A program made the translations under genes and the position numbers. The notes beneath the pieces were generated by a model that was not told where the DNA came from, did no database searches, and worked only from the letters and a program-made list of their open reading frames with translations. Shown one piece after another: positions 44,780-55,766 of a DNA stretch of 64,000 nucleotides. The stretch is taken from NCBI GenBank assembly GCA_963775425.1, contig CAVZJB010000018.1, forward strand, positions 192,001 to 256,000, written 5' to 3'. Within the stretch, counting starts at the first letter, position 1, and each line of letters opens with the position of its first letter. This DNA comes from an uncultured delta proteobacterium (GTDB lineage: Bacteria > Myxococcota > UBA727 > VGSZ01).

Positions 44780-46811
44780 ACTCGCCGCCGAACAGCGCGC
44801 GCACCGTCGAGGGCGCGGCCAGCGCCGCGCTGACGTCGAGGCTGCCGGCGGCGAACGACGCCGACGCGTGGGTGGTGACGGACCACACGCGGTCGACCTC
44901 GTCGAGGCCCGTGTCGGCCTGCGTGGTGTCCGGCCCGAGGTACACGCGCGCCGGGCCGCCGTCGAGGACGCCGTCGACCGCGATGAGCTCGCCGCGGCGC
45001 GGCGGCACCGTCACCTGCGCGCCGTCGATGTCCGCGCCGCCGGCCGCGGGGAAGGCGGGGAGCGTCACGCGGCTCGTCGTCACCGGCGCCGCCGCCCGCT
45101 CCGTGGCGAAGAGACCGTCCCCCATGCGCGCGCGCGTGGTGCTGCCGGCGACGGCGATGAGCGGGCGCCCCGCGGTCCACAGCGTCGGCGGCACGAACAG
45201 CCTCACCAGGCCCGGCGGCGCGAGCTGGCCGCCGGCGGTGGGGACGTCGAGGAGGCCGTCGCCGTCGTCGTCGACGACGAGGCGCAGCGACACCAGCACG
45301 AGGCCGCGGCCGGGCACCTGCGCGTAGAGCGCCACCCACGCCGCGTCGTCGCCCGGCAGCAGCGGCTGCACGCTCACGTCGACCTGGTCGGAGGCGTCGA
45401 GCCGCGGGCGCACCAGCGGCGCTTCGCCGGCGCTCGCGAAGGCGCCGAGGTCGGCGGCGGTCGCCGGCAACGGCGCCGGGACCGTGCTCACGGTCCCGGC
45501 GACGTCGAACGCGGTGGCGTCTTCGGCGCCGCGCCAGAGCGCGACGATGAAGTCGAAGGGCCGGTGCCCGCCGTCGACGGGCCCCAGGGCGTCCGAGACG
45601 GCGCTGATCCGCGCGCTTCCGCCCGTCATCGACAACAGCCGCGCGCCGGGCGCGCCGAAGGCGACGCCGCCGGAGAAGAGGTCGGCGGTGTCGAGCGACA
45701 GCGCCCCGCCGCTCGGCCGGCTGACGATGTCGCCGCCGGACGCGGTGATGCCTTCGATGTCGAGCCTGTCGTCGACGGGGACCCCGATCACGGCCGCGGC
45801 CGTGAGGGCCTCGACGAGGTTCGGCACCGACAGCGTGGCGATCCCGACGCGGAGCTCGCCCGGCAGGGCCACGGCGTCGAGGTCGGAGCTGAAAGCGGCG
45901 CCGTCGGCGAGGCCGCCGGGCGTCGCGCGGGGGAGCAGGAGCTCGAGGTCGTCGCCGCCGGGCTCGAAGAGCCCCACCGTGCCGTAGCCCGCGGCGGCGG
46001 CGCGCACCGAGTGGACCCCTGCGCCGCCCGCGTCGACCGCAGCGACGCCGTCGCCGTCGGCGACGAGGTCGACGGGCGCGCCGGCGGCGAGCTCGAACGT
46101 CACCGCAGCACCTGCGAGCGGCTCGCCGGTCTCGGCGTCACGCACGACGACGCGCGCGCCGCCGCCGTCGACACGCGGCAGCGCCACGAGCGGCGCGCTG
46201 CACGAGACGCCGCCGCCCGCGGCGCTCACCGTCCCGGCGCACGAGCCCGGGCCGGCGCACGAAAGCGGCGGCACGTCGAGCGTGGCGTCGACGGGCAGCG
46301 GGCGGCCGGCGTCGTCGAGGAAGAGCACGTCGATGTGCGGCGCGGGCGCCCCGTCCACGGAGACGACGACGTGAGGCACGATCTCGCACGACGAGGGAAC
46401 GGGCGCCACGCACTGCGCGCCGGTGTCGACGGGCGCGCACAGCGCCGGCGCCTCACAGCCCTCCTCGGGCGCGAAGACGTCGCAAGCGCCGGCGTCCTCG
46501 CACCGCCCGCGGACCACGTCGCAGACGGTGCCTCCGACGCAGTCGCGGTCGCCGAAACACACCGACGGGACGCAGGCGCCGCACGCGTCGCCCTCCGACG
46601 CGCGCACGCACTGGGAGCCGCCCGCGCACTCGCGCGCTGCGGTGCACACCGGCCGCCCGTCGCTCCGCGCCGCGCACGGCGACGTCGGGCTCGGCGCCGG
46701 CGCGGGCGCGCAACCGCCGCCGACGCCGACGACGCCGCCGCCGACGACGAACGCGACCCACGGGACAAGCCAGGCGAGGCCGGCGGGCGCCGGAGAGTGC
46801 GGGCGATTCAT
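44778..46811 (-). CDS. Large extracellular Cys-rich lipoprotein with Ig/carboxypeptidase-regulatory-like domain
   Basis: Signal ending GGGC; Cys-rich N-terminal repeats; 'VVVRDAETGEPLAGAAV'. Confidence 0.75.
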   Translation of the reverse strand: MNRPHSPAPAGLAWLVPWVAFVVGGGVVGVGGGCAPAPAPSPTSPCAARSDGRPVCTAARECAGGSQCVRASEGDACGACVPSVCFGDRDCVGGTVCDVVRGRCEDAGACDVFAPEEGCEAPALCAPVDTGAQCVAPVPSSCEIVPHVVVSVDGAPAPHIDVLFLDDAGRPLPVDATLDVPPLSCAGPGSCAGTVSAAGGGVSCSAPLVALPRVDGGGARVVVRDAETGEPLAGAAVTFELAAGAPVDLVADGDGVAAVDAGGAGVHSVRAAAAGYGTVGLFEPGGDDLELLLPRATPGGLADGAAFSSDLDAVALPGELRVGIATLSVPNLVEALTAAAVIGVPVDDRLDIEGITASGGDIVSRPSGGALSLDTADLFSGGVAFGAPGARLLSMTGGSARISAVSDALGPVDGGHRPFDFIVALWRGAEDATAFDVAGTVSTVPAPLPATAADLGAFASAGEAPLVRPRLDASDQVDVSVQPLLPGDDAAWVALYAQVPGRGLVLVSLRLVVDDDGDGLLDVPTAGGQLAPPGLVRLFVPPTLWTAGRPLIAVAGSTTRARMGDGLFATERAAAPVTTSRVTLPAFPAAGGADIDGAQVTVPPRRGELIAVDGVLDGGPARVYLGPDTTQADTGLDEVDRVWSVTTHASASFAAGSLDVSAALAAPSTVRALFGGE

Positions 46812-47194
46812 GCGGCGCGTTGTGCCAGGTCAGGCAAGCCCCCGCCGCCTGACAAAGGCGGGCGCCGAGCGAAAAACCGCGATGAGGGCGGCGCGCTCGT
46901 CGACGGCGGAGCGCTCGCGCTTCGATGGGCGCCGCCGTCGACGTCCGTCACGCCGTCGTCGAAAACGCTCCACCGCGCCCTCCCGGGCGCTCATCACGGC
47001 GCAGCTACTCAAGATTGCGAAGGGTCCTTCGACGCATCGCCAGACGAGGCTGCACTTGCGCGAGTCGTCGTCGGCGCCGTCGCATGACAATAGGTGCGGG
47101 CGTCCTCATAGAGGGGATGTCCAGGGGAGCCTGAACAAGCTCCTGCGCGACCGCGCCCGTGTGCTCGCCGTCGCGCGCGCCCTCGGCGAGCGGG

Positions 47195-47329
47195 CCGCGC
47201 TTGCGCCCGCCACCGGCACCGTTTCGGCATTGCTCGCGCGCACTCTCGGCGCGAAGGGAACCAGGGGCGCCCGAAGGGGAAGGGCCTCGTCGCCGGACCA
47301 GGCGGCGCGGCCCATCCCTTTGGGTACCT
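47195..47329 (-). repeat. Family A copy (inverted) just downstream of the cyclase stop
   Basis: Reverse complement reads cccaaagggatgggccgcgccgcctggtccggcgacgaggcccttccccttcgggcgcccctggttcccttcgcgccgagagtg... Confidence 0.88.
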
Positions 47330-48811
47330 TCACGTCGTCGAAAACAGCTCGACGGCGCCCTTGCCCTTCAGCTCCACCGGCCCGAGCGACGCGAACGTCG
47401 CCGCGTCCTTGGCGCCCTCGACCACCGCGTGCGTCACGGCAATCTGCCCCGCGCCGGCCTTGCTGCAGCAGCGGCTCGCGACGTTCACCGTGTCGCCGAT
47501 GACCGCGAACTCCACCACCCGATCGTTGCCCAGGTTCCCCATCACCAGCGGCCCGGTGTTGATGCCCACGCCCATCTCCACCGCGCGCGGGCCGAAGGCG
47601 CCGGCGGCGTTGGCGCGCGCGAGCTCGGCCTGCATCTCGACGGCGCAGCGCACGGCCCGCGCCGCGTGGTCAGGCTGGTCGAGGGGCGCGTTCCACACGA
47701 CGACGATGGCGTCGCCGATGAACTTGTTGATGTACCCGTCGAAGCGCGACACCACGTCGATGAGCAGCGACATGTAGCGGTTCAACAGCGCGATCACCTC
47801 TTCGGGCGCCAGCGCCCCCGACATCGCCGTGAAGCCGCGGATGTCCGTGAACATCACCGTGGCCACGCGCCGCTCGGTGCCGAGCGCGCCCGCCTCGCGC
47901 TGCGCGCGCAGGTGCTCGAGCACCACCGGCGAGAGGTACTTGCCGAACGCCGTCTCCAGGAAGTGTCGCTCCCGCGCGGCCTTCAACATCTCGTTGAAGC
48001 CGCGCTGCATGTCGGCGATCTCGTCGTTGCCGTCGACGTCGATGGGGTTGTCGAGGTCGCCGGCGCCCACGCGCTCGAACGCCTCGCTCAATTCCGAGAT
48101 GCCCACCGTCGCGTTCTTGCCGAACCGCCACGCCAACAACAACACGAAGGGCAATTCGAGGCCGACGGTGGCGCCCGCCATCACCCCCAGGTAGTCGCTG
48201 GCGAGGTGGTAGACCTTGTCGAGCGTAGTCACGTAGTTCTCGAGGTGACCCTGGTCGAGCGCCCACTGGATGATGTTGTGGGCGCGCGCGCTCAGGTAGC
48301 CGATCCACAACACCGTCCCCGCCGACATCGTCAGGATGAGCGCGATGAGCCGCGTGGACACGTGGCGGAAGCCCTTGGTCGTCGCGTACAGCAGGTCCGC
48401 CATGGCGAGCCCGAGCAGGATGAGCCCCGCGAACACCGCGATGGACAGGAACACCGCCGTGAGCTCGAGGACGCGCCCGATCCACAGAAGCGAGGAGCGC
48501 CCGAGCAGCGAGTAGACCTGCGGCACCGCCGTGATGAGCGCCACCCCGAGCGCCAGGCGCAGCAGCGCCCCCACCACCGACGTCGGCTTCAGCGCGCGCT
48601 GGATGACCCAGTCCACCGCGCGCGACAGCTCCCACGCGCAAAACGGCACCGCCAGAAAGCCCATGGCGGTGGCGGCGATGGCGAAGCCCATGCGCCCCTG
48701 CGTGAAGCCCGCGACGAACATCCCGATGAGGTGCGCGCCGAGCAGCGTCAACGCCACCGGCACCAGCACCGCGCGGCGCTTGAGGGTCGCAGGGACGCGA
48801 GCGACGACCAT
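47330..48811 (-). CDS. Membrane class III adenylate/guanylate cyclase with HAMP domain
   Basis: About six TM; HAMP 'GNDEIADMQRGFNEM'; 'MFTDIRGFT', 'NKFIGDAI', 'GINTG', 'IGDTVNVASR'. Confidence 0.93.
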   Translation of the reverse strand: MVVARVPATLKRRAVLVPVALTLLGAHLIGMFVAGFTQGRMGFAIAATAMGFLAVPFCAWELSRAVDWVIQRALKPTSVVGALLRLALGVALITAVPQVYSLLGRSSLLWIGRVLELTAVFLSIAVFAGLILLGLAMADLLYATTKGFRHVSTRLIALILTMSAGTVLWIGYLSARAHNIIQWALDQGHLENYVTTLDKVYHLASDYLGVMAGATVGLELPFVLLLAWRFGKNATVGISELSEAFERVGAGDLDNPIDVDGNDEIADMQRGFNEMLKAARERHFLETAFGKYLSPVVLEHLRAQREAGALGTERRVATVMFTDIRGFTAMSGALAPEEVIALLNRYMSLLIDVVSRFDGYINKFIGDAIVVVWNAPLDQPDHAARAVRCAVEMQAELARANAAGAFGPRAVEMGVGINTGPLVMGNLGNDRVVEFAVIGDTVNVASRCCSKAGAGQIAVTHAVVEGAKDAATFASLGPVELKGKGAVELFSTT

Positions 48812-48904
48812 GCCCGCTTCTTATCCCACGCGCGTCCCCGTCAAAGGGGCCACAAACGCGGCCCCGCCGCGAATGGGGTCACGCCGCGAACGGGCTCAAG
48901 GGCG

Positions 48905-51034
48905 TCATTGGAACGTGGCGGTGATGTACAGCTCGCGGGCCGCGACGATGTTCGCCTTGAGCGCCACCTCGCTCGCGCCCTTCTTGACCACCACCTTGTG
49001 CGGCCCGGCGTAGAGCTGGATGGCGGGCATGGGCGTCTTGCCGATGCGCTTTCCGTCGACGAAGACGTCGAGGCCGTCGGCGAGCTGGTCGAAGGTCAAC
49101 GAGCCCTTGGCGGCGGTCAGCTCCACCTCCTCGGTGCCGCCGCCGCGCAGGCGCACGGTCTTTGACACCTGCGCCCCCAGCGCCCGATCGCGCGCCACGA
49201 CGTGGTGCCGGCCGGCCTTGCCCTCCCAGGTGCCCTTGCCCTTGCCGATCTCCTTGCCGTCGACGGTGATGACCATGCTCGACGGATCCGTGCTCACCAC
49301 GATCTTGCCCGGCCCCGCCGGCGCGCTCGCGTGGTGCTCGCCGCCGGCGCGCTCGTGGCCCTCGTGCGTCGGGGTGTCGCTCGGCTTGAGCGGCTCGATG
49401 GGCAGATCGGCGGGCGCCGTCGGAGGCGGCGGCGCGGGCGGCGGCGCGGGCGGCGGCGCCGGCTGCTGCACGATCACCTGCGGCGGCGGCTCGTCGCTGC
49501 GCGTGACGACGTAGACGACGAGGGCGACGGCGAGGGCGCCGCACGCGCCGAGCGCGACCAGGGTGATGGGCGAGCTGCGGTACACCACCGGCGGCTGCGA
49601 CGAGTACGGGTACGCCTGCGGCTGCGGCGGCGGCAGCGTCGCCGCCGGCGGCACGGTGGGGTTCGCCTTCCACGACGGCGGCGCCGGGGCCGCGCGCTGC
49701 TTCTCGGACGGCTCGCGGGGGAGCGCGCCCGCCACCGCCGCCGCCGCCGCCGGCGACGCCAACGCGTTGTTGGGCACGGTGGGGACGTCCGAGATGGGCG
49801 TGGGCGGTCGCGTCTCCTGGTTGTGGACGTCGACCTCGCCCGTGGGCTCGGCCCCCGCCGACGCCGGCAGCCCGCCGTCGATGGCGACGGAGCGCGGCAG
49901 CGGGCCGCTGCCCCCCGACGAGGACGGCGGCCCTCCCGGGGGCCGCTGCTGGTGCACCGGCGTGACCTCGACATGGGTGCCGTGCGCCGCCTCGATCTCG
50001 TCGTCGCTGGGGGCCGGCGCGCGCGCCTTGGTGGCCTTTTGCAGCTCGGGCGGGATCTCGGTGAGCAGGCGCCCCGTGGACGCCGGCGGCTTCTCCCGCG
50101 CGGCGATGAGCATCTGGTCGCGTGTGGCGCGCGGGACGGTGTCCGGCGGGAACAGCTCGTCCATGAAGCGCCGGATCTCGAGCTCGGTGGCGAGCTCGCA
50201 GTGATCGAGGATCTGGTGGCGCATCTCGAGGGCGGTGGCGAAGCGCTCGGCGCTCTTTTTGCGCGTGGCCTTGAGCACGATGAGCGCCATGGCGTCGGTG
50301 ACGCCCTCGTACTTGGGGTTCGACAGCTCGTCGCGGATCATGGCCTCGGCGAGGTCGTTGTCGGCGGCGAAGGGGGCCTTGCCCGTGAGCGCCTCGTACA
50401 TGACGCAGCCGAGGGCGTAGACGTCGGTCTGCACGGTGGCGGCGTTCCTGCCGCCGTAGGACTGCTCGGGCGCGCTGTAGGCGTCCTTGACGTTCTCCGT
50501 GCCGCGGCTCTTGCGCTGCACCTCGGCGATGGTGGTGGCGCCGTAGCCGGTGACCTTGCCCATGCCCTTGAAGGAGATCTGCAGGGTCTCCGGGCGGATG
50601 CCGCCGTGCACCATGGGCTCGCCCGTCTCCATGGTGCCGAGCTCGTGGGCGTAGTGCACGCCCATGCAGGCGTCGGCGACGAGGGCGCAGGCGACGTTCG
50701 GCGGGATGGGCTTTTTGAGGGTGGTGGCCCGGCGGTACACCGAGCGCAGCGACTCCGCGTCCGCGTACTCGACCACACGGGCGTACCCCTCGTCGAGGCG
50801 GGCCAGGCCCATGACGCCGATGACGTTCACGTGGTCGATCTGGCTGCCGAGCTCGGTCTCGGTCCACACGCGCTTGAACAGATCGGGGCTGTCCACGATC
50901 TCGTCGGGGAGGAACACCATGACCGCCGGCTTCACGAGGCCGTCGGCGTGGAGACACCCGAGGAACGCCTGGGATCCGAAGCCGCCCATCAGGGGGCCCA
51001 GCACCGAGAACTCTGTCGGCTTCACGACGCGCAT
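48905..51034 (-). CDS. Pseudokinase - Pro-rich linker - TM - two PEGA-like domains
   Basis: Kinase fold ('YSAPEQ', 'DVYALG') but VHGGIRPET, VTGYG and no VAIK Lys; C-terminal 'VFVDGKRIGKTPM..IQLYAGPHKV'. Confidence 0.85.
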   Translation of the reverse strand: MRVVKPTEFSVLGPLMGGFGSQAFLGCLHADGLVKPAVMVFLPDEIVDSPDLFKRVWTETELGSQIDHVNVIGVMGLARLDEGYARVVEYADAESLRSVYRRATTLKKPIPPNVACALVADACMGVHYAHELGTMETGEPMVHGGIRPETLQISFKGMGKVTGYGATTIAEVQRKSRGTENVKDAYSAPEQSYGGRNAATVQTDVYALGCVMYEALTGKAPFAADNDLAEAMIRDELSNPKYEGVTDAMALIVLKATRKKSAERFATALEMRHQILDHCELATELEIRRFMDELFPPDTVPRATRDQMLIAAREKPPASTGRLLTEIPPELQKATKARAPAPSDDEIEAAHGTHVEVTPVHQQRPPGGPPSSSGGSGPLPRSVAIDGGLPASAGAEPTGEVDVHNQETRPPTPISDVPTVPNNALASPAAAAAVAGALPREPSEKQRAAPAPPSWKANPTVPPAATLPPPQPQAYPYSSQPPVVYRSSPITLVALGACGALAVALVVYVVTRSDEPPPQVIVQQPAPPPAPPPAPPPPTAPADLPIEPLKPSDTPTHEGHERAGGEHHASAPAGPGKIVVSTDPSSMVITVDGKEIGKGKGTWEGKAGRHHVVARDRALGAQVSKTVRLRGGGTEEVELTAAKGSLTFDQLADGLDVFVDGKRIGKTPMPAIQLYAGPHKVVVKKGASEVALKANIVAARELYITATFQ

Positions 51035-51076
51035 TCTTTCGTGGCACCTTCGGCCCCGTCAAACGCGGAGGCTCCC

Positions 51077-51616
51077 GTGGCCCACATCATCGAAGTCGCA
51101 AAGTCCGGACGCGCCAGTTGCCGTACGTGCAAGAAGTCCATCGCCAAAGGAGAGCTCCGTTTGGGGGAGGAAGTTCCCAACCAATTCGCGGCCGGCGAGA
51201 TGACCTACCAGTGGCATCACCTCCCCTGCGCCGCCAAGAAGAAGCCCGGTCCCCTGAAGGCGGCGCTCGACAGCACCGAGCTCGACGTCCCCGACAAGGA
51301 CGAGCTGTTGAAGACCATCGCCGAGGCCGCCAAGCACGTGAAGCCCTCGACGTTCCCCTACGCCGAGCGCGCGCCCTCGGGCCGCTCCTCGTGCATGCAG
51401 TGCAACAACGCCATCGCCAAGGGTGAGCTGCGCGTCGCCGTCGAGCGCGAGGTGGACACGGGGTCGTTCGTCACCAAGAGCGCCGGCTACCTCCATCCCG
51501 CTTGCGCCCTCGCGCACACCGGCGAGGAGGCCGGGCCGTTCTTCGACAAGCTCAAGGAGAGCTCCTCGTCGCTCGAGCCCGGCGACCTCGAGACCCTCAA
51601 GAGCGAGCTGCACTGA
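51077..51616 (+). CDS. Stand-alone protein with two PARP-type zinc fingers
   Basis: 'EVAKSGRASCRTCKKSIAKGELRLG...WHHLPC' and 'ERAPSGRSSCMQCNNAIAKGELRV...YLHPAC'; GGAGG RBS. Confidence 0.9.
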   Translation: MAHIIEVAKSGRASCRTCKKSIAKGELRLGEEVPNQFAAGEMTYQWHHLPCAAKKKPGPLKAALDSTELDVPDKDELLKTIAEAAKHVKPSTFPYAERAPSGRSSCMQCNNAIAKGELRVAVEREVDTGSFVTKSAGYLHPACALAHTGEEAGPFFDKLKESSSSLEPGDLETLKSELH

Positions 51617-51702
51617 GCGGCGCGCCCGGGGTCCGCGCCGTGCTTCGTGGCGCGGCGGCTCGTCCGCCGCCGTCCCGCCGCGAGGTGCGCTACGCTCGGC
51701 CC

Positions 51703-53448
51703 GTGGACAATCGCGCACCGCGCATCCTCATCGTCGACAACAACGCGGAGAGCGCCGCGGAGGCGCGCGCTCACCTCGAGAGCGAGGGGTTTCGCGTCGA
51801 GGTCAGCGAGGGCGCGTCGGGCGCCGCGCTCTGGCTCGCGCAGGCGTTTCGCCCGTGGGTCGTCGTGGCCCGCCACCAACTGCCGAGCACCGACGGCATC
51901 GAGGTCTGCCGGCTCTTGAAGAACGAGTCGGAGACCAGCCACATCCAGGTGATCCTCGCCGTGGCCCCGTCGGTAGCGCGAAAGAACGACGACAAGCTCA
52001 CCGTGCGCGCCCTCGAGGCCGGCGCCAGCCTGGTGTTGCCCGCGGGCTTTTCGAAGGATCTCCTGGTCGCCCACGTCTACGCGCAGCTCAACGTCTTCCA
52101 GATGGTGATGGAGCTCCGCGAGCGCAACCACTTCCTGCGCGACCTCGTGCAGCGCGACCCGATGACGGGCCTGTTCAACCACGCGTACCTGCACGAGCTC
52201 CTCGACCGCGAGCTCGCGCGCTCGGGCCGCACGCGCTCGCCCGTGTCGCTGCTCCTCGTCGACGTCGACCACTTCAAGAAGGTCAACGACACCCACGGCC
52301 ACCAGGCCGGCGACTACGTCCTCAAGACCGCCGCCGAGCTGCTCACGAGCGGCGGGCGCCGCGCCGACGCCGTCGCCCGCTACGGCGGCGACGAGTTCGC
52401 CCTCGTCCTGCCCGACACGCCGCGCGCCGGTGGCGCCGTGCGCGCCGAAGCCCTGCGCGCGAGCATGCAGAGCCGCGCGTTCGCGGACCGGAACCTCCCC
52501 GGCGTCACGCTCTCGATCGGCGTCGCCACCTTTCCCGACGACGGCGACGACCGCACCGAGCTCCTGCAGTGCGCCGACCGCGCGTTGTACGCGGCCAAGC
52601 GCATCGGGCGAAACCGCGTCGTCGCCTACCACGCCGACCTCGGCGGCGAAGACACGCCCACGGCGGAGACCGGGCCCGAGCTCGAGCGGCTGCTGGCGCT
52701 CGGCGACGTCATCCGCGGCCGCATGGCCACGTTCGTCTACCAGCCCATCCTGTCCGCGGAGACCGGCGCCGTCTTTGCGCACGAGGCCCTGTGCCGGCCG
52801 CAGCACCCCGCGTTCCCGCACGCGGGCGCGCTGTTTTCGTCGGCGGAGCGCGCGGGTCGCGTCGCCGAGCTCGGCCGCGAGCTGCGGCAGGTGGCGGTGG
52901 CGCCGCTCGACGAGCTGCGGCCGCCGGCGCTGATGTTTTTGAACCTCCACCCGCTCGAGCTCTCCGACGCCCTCGTCGACGAGGCGCTCACGCTCCACGC
53001 GCGCAACGCCGAGCGCATCGTCTTCGAGATCACGGAGTCGTCGCAGATCCACGACTACCGGCGCATGCGCAACGTGATCTCCACGCTGCAAGGCGCCGGC
53101 TTCCGCGTGGCCATCGACGACCTCGGCGCGGGCTACGCGGGCCTCAACTCCGTGGCGATGCTGCGCCCCGACATCGTCAAGCTCGACATGGGGCTCGTGC
53201 GCGGCATCCAGCGGGACACCACCGCCGCCCGCCTCATCCGGCACATCCTCGACTTCGCCGCCGGCGAGGACATCCTCGTCGTCGCCGAGGGCGTGGAGAC
53301 CGCCGACGAGCGCCGCGTGGTCGGCGACCTCGGCTGCCCCCTGCTGCAGGGCTTCTACTTCGCCAAGCCCGGCCCGCCCTTCCCCGAGGTGAAGGCGCTC
53401 AACGCCTGGCTCTCGACCACGAGCCGCAAGAAGAAGCGGCGCGCGTGA
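51703..53448 (+). CDS. Receiver-like - GGDEF - EAL c-di-GMP turnover protein
   Basis: 'DPMTGLFNH', 'DVDHFKKVNDTHGH', RxxD + GGDEF, 'HEALCR', 'DDLGAGY', 'AEGVET', 'LQGFY'. Confidence 0.95.
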   Translation: MDNRAPRILIVDNNAESAAEARAHLESEGFRVEVSEGASGAALWLAQAFRPWVVVARHQLPSTDGIEVCRLLKNESETSHIQVILAVAPSVARKNDDKLTVRALEAGASLVLPAGFSKDLLVAHVYAQLNVFQMVMELRERNHFLRDLVQRDPMTGLFNHAYLHELLDRELARSGRTRSPVSLLLVDVDHFKKVNDTHGHQAGDYVLKTAAELLTSGGRRADAVARYGGDEFALVLPDTPRAGGAVRAEALRASMQSRAFADRNLPGVTLSIGVATFPDDGDDRTELLQCADRALYAAKRIGRNRVVAYHADLGGEDTPTAETGPELERLLALGDVIRGRMATFVYQPILSAETGAVFAHEALCRPQHPAFPHAGALFSSAERAGRVAELGRELRQVAVAPLDELRPPALMFLNLHPLELSDALVDEALTLHARNAERIVFEITESSQIHDYRRMRNVISTLQGAGFRVAIDDLGAGYAGLNSVAMLRPDIVKLDMGLVRGIQRDTTAARLIRHILDFAAGEDILVVAEGVETADERRVVGDLGCPLLQGFYFAKPGPPFPEVKALNAWLSTTSRKKKRRA

Positions 53449-53466
53449 GGCCCGCCCGCACGCGAG

Positions 53467-54285
53467 CTACCGCTGCATGGCCTCCTCGGTGAAGTCGGCC
53501 TCGGTGAGCTTGGCGGCGGGGTTGATCTTTTCAATCTCCAGCTCGGTGCGCGAGCCGGACTCCGTCTTCATCTCGACGTCGACGGGGACCTGCTCGCCGT
53601 TCACCTTCTGGAGCTTTCGGACGCGCAGGGTCTTCAAGGCCTTGCCGGCGTTGTCGAAGAACTCGATCTTGAGCGGCACCAGGAACTTCTTGTGCACGTA
53701 GGCGATCACGCGGCCGTAGGGGGAGCCGTCGATCTTGGGCGTCACCTTCAGCACGTAGACGGGCTGGCCGCCGATGTCGCTGTCGTCGAGGCGATCGATC
53801 TGGACCTTGTCCTTGGTGGACATCGGCAGCGGCATGAGGTCGCCGTAGGTGAAGTCGGAGCCGAAGAACGTCGAGGTGGCGTTGCCCGCGGCGATGCGGC
53901 GGACCACCTTCATCTTGGGCGTGTACACGTACTGGTCGGGCAGCGCGTCCTTCTTCTGGAGCACCAGGAACGCCGTGCCGTTGACGTCGGCGGGCTTGGT
54001 GAATTTCACCATGCTCTTCAGCATGCCGTCGTCGCCGCGCATGGCCTCGATGTCGAGGGTGCGCTCCTTGGCGTCGCCCTTGGTGGTGACGATGGTCATG
54101 CGCAGCGTGGCCGTCCCCTCCTTGAAGCCGACGGCGCCCTTGTCGAGCGCCTTTTGCACGATCTCCTGGGGGGTGAGCGTGTCCTTGTCGGGGATCTTGT
54201 CGCCCGCCCCGAGCGCGCTCCCCGCGAGCAAGGTGGCGGGGAGCAAAGCGACGGCGAAGGCGGCGGCGGGGTGTGCGCGGACCAT
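53467..54285 (-). CDS. Outer-membrane lipoprotein-sorting (LolA-like) protein
   Basis: Signal peptide; '[14 protein letters not shown]', 'VRRIA....[13 protein letters not shown]'. Confidence 0.88.
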   Translation of the reverse strand: MVRAHPAAAFAVALLPATLLAGSALGAGDKIPDKDTLTPQEIVQKALDKGAVGFKEGTATLRMTIVTTKGDAKERTLDIEAMRGDDGMLKSMVKFTKPADVNGTAFLVLQKKDALPDQYVYTPKMKVVRRIAAGNATSTFFGSDFTYGDLMPLPMSTKDKVQIDRLDDSDIGGQPVYVLKVTPKIDGSPYGRVIAYVHKKFLVPLKIEFFDNAGKALKTLRVRKLQKVNGEQVPVDVEMKTESGSRTELEIEKINPAAKLTEADFTEEAMQR

Positions 54286-54384
54286 GGGCTCCTCTTTCGA
54301 CGTTGGACGGTCAGCGTCAACGCCGCATTCGATCTCGCATCACGCTCTGTACCAACGAGCGCCCAGGCAAGCTAGAAGCGCCCC

Positions 54385-55758
54385 ATGCGCGTTTATCGTG
54401 GACTCGTCCTCGCCGGCTTGTTCGCCGGTTGTGTGTTGCCCACCGACCGCACACAGGATCTCGGCGACGGCGAGATCCACGGGGCGGTGAAAAGGGAGGA
54501 CAAGAGCCCCGCGAAGGGCGCCCTCGTCCACGTCGCCGGCAGCGACCGCGTCACCCGCGTCGACGACGCGGGCGCCTTCGTCGTCCGCGGCCTCGTCCCG
54601 GGCACCTGGGTGCTCTCCATCACCGAGGACGACGAGGGCGACGGCGTCGCCGAGCGCGCCGCCCTCGTCCCCGTCACGCTCGCGCTCGCCGGCATCCCCA
54701 GGAACCTCACCGACGGCTGCACCGGCGCCCCGCCGCAGGCCGTGACCAGCTTCCTCCTCGGCGACGTCACCCTCGCCCCCACCGTCACCCTGCGCGGCAC
54801 CGTCACCCTCGGGGCCGCGGCGTCCGGCGACTTCGCCCGCGTCGTCGTCTGGCGCGACGTCGACGTCGGCGGCGAGGCCCACGCCGGGCCCATCGAGGGC
54901 GCCGCGGGCGTCGGCGCGGACGGCAGCTTCGCCGTCGCCGGCATCGCCCCGGGGCCCGTGCACGTCGCGGCCTTCGCCTTCGATCCCCTCGAGGGCGCCG
55001 ACAAGCCGCTCTTCTTCGGCGTCGCCGACGCCGACGCCGCCGACGCGAACGTCGCGGTCACCGTCGACCAGAGCGCGCGCACCGCCGCCGACCCCACGCG
55101 CCAACAGACCACCCCGGTGCAGATCGACACCCAGTGGAACGTCCCCGCCACGCCCGCGGTGCAGCTCACGCTCGCCACGTTCCTCGCGCCCGACGGCGAC
55201 ACCGAGGTGCTCCCGCCCGACGGCACCGGCTGGGACCTCGACGAGCAGACCCACGCCTTCGTCCTCGACGCGCCCATCGGCGTCGTCGACATCGCGTTCG
55301 AGAGCGCCACCGACGGGGCCGTCGGCAGCACCCTGCGCGGCGCGGTGGTGGTCCCCGGCGTGGCCGTGCTCGGGCCGCTCGAGCTGCCGGTGCTCGCCGA
55401 CCCCTGCGTCGTCGACGGCGGCGGCCGCGACTGCGACCACGACGGCGTCCCCGGGCTCGCCCTGCCCGACAACCCCGACGTCGTGCAGCAGTACCACGCC
55501 TGCGCGGCGTCCTGCGGCGCCGCGTTCGGCGCCGACAAGGCGGGCGCGGTCTGCGACGGCGACGGCTCCGACTGCGACGACGACGGCGACGGCCAGCCCG
55601 ACGTCACCGAGCCCGTGCAGTGCCTCGGCCCCGGCCGCGGCACCGACCTCGACGGCGACGGCCTGTGCGAGCCCGCGTCCGATCCCTTCCCCTCGTGCGC
55701 CGACAACGATCCCGCGACGTGCCCCCAGGCGTTCGCCGCGCCGACGCCGCAATACTAG
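54385..55758 (+). CDS. Lipoprotein with carboxypeptidase-regulatory-like domains and Cys/Asp-rich (DxDxDG) C-terminus
   Basis: Lipobox FAGC; '[13 protein letters not shown]'; 'DCDHDGVP', 'DDDGDGQPD', 'DLDGDGLC'. Confidence 0.78.
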   Translation: MRVYRGLVLAGLFAGCVLPTDRTQDLGDGEIHGAVKREDKSPAKGALVHVAGSDRVTRVDDAGAFVVRGLVPGTWVLSITEDDEGDGVAERAALVPVTLALAGIPRNLTDGCTGAPPQAVTSFLLGDVTLAPTVTLRGTVTLGAAASGDFARVVVWRDVDVGGEAHAGPIEGAAGVGADGSFAVAGIAPGPVHVAAFAFDPLEGADKPLFFGVADADAADANVAVTVDQSARTAADPTRQQTTPVQIDTQWNVPATPAVQLTLATFLAPDGDTEVLPPDGTGWDLDEQTHAFVLDAPIGVVDIAFESATDGAVGSTLRGAVVVPGVAVLGPLELPVLADPCVVDGGGRDCDHDGVPGLALPDNPDVVQQYHACAASCGAAFGADKAGAVCDGDGSDCDDDGDGQPDVTEPVQCLGPGRGTDLDGDGLCEPASDPFPSCADNDPATCPQAFAAPTPQY

Positions 55759-55766
55759 AGGAACCC

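Noticed and set aside
44380-45327. ORF with a repeated 59-aa peptide
   Set aside because: It is the translation of the non-coding hairpin repeat and is antisense to a real gene.
46830-47130. Small ORFs or ncRNA in the intergenic gap
   Set aside because: No RBS-supported ORF with a recognisable motif and no clear structure; left unannotated.
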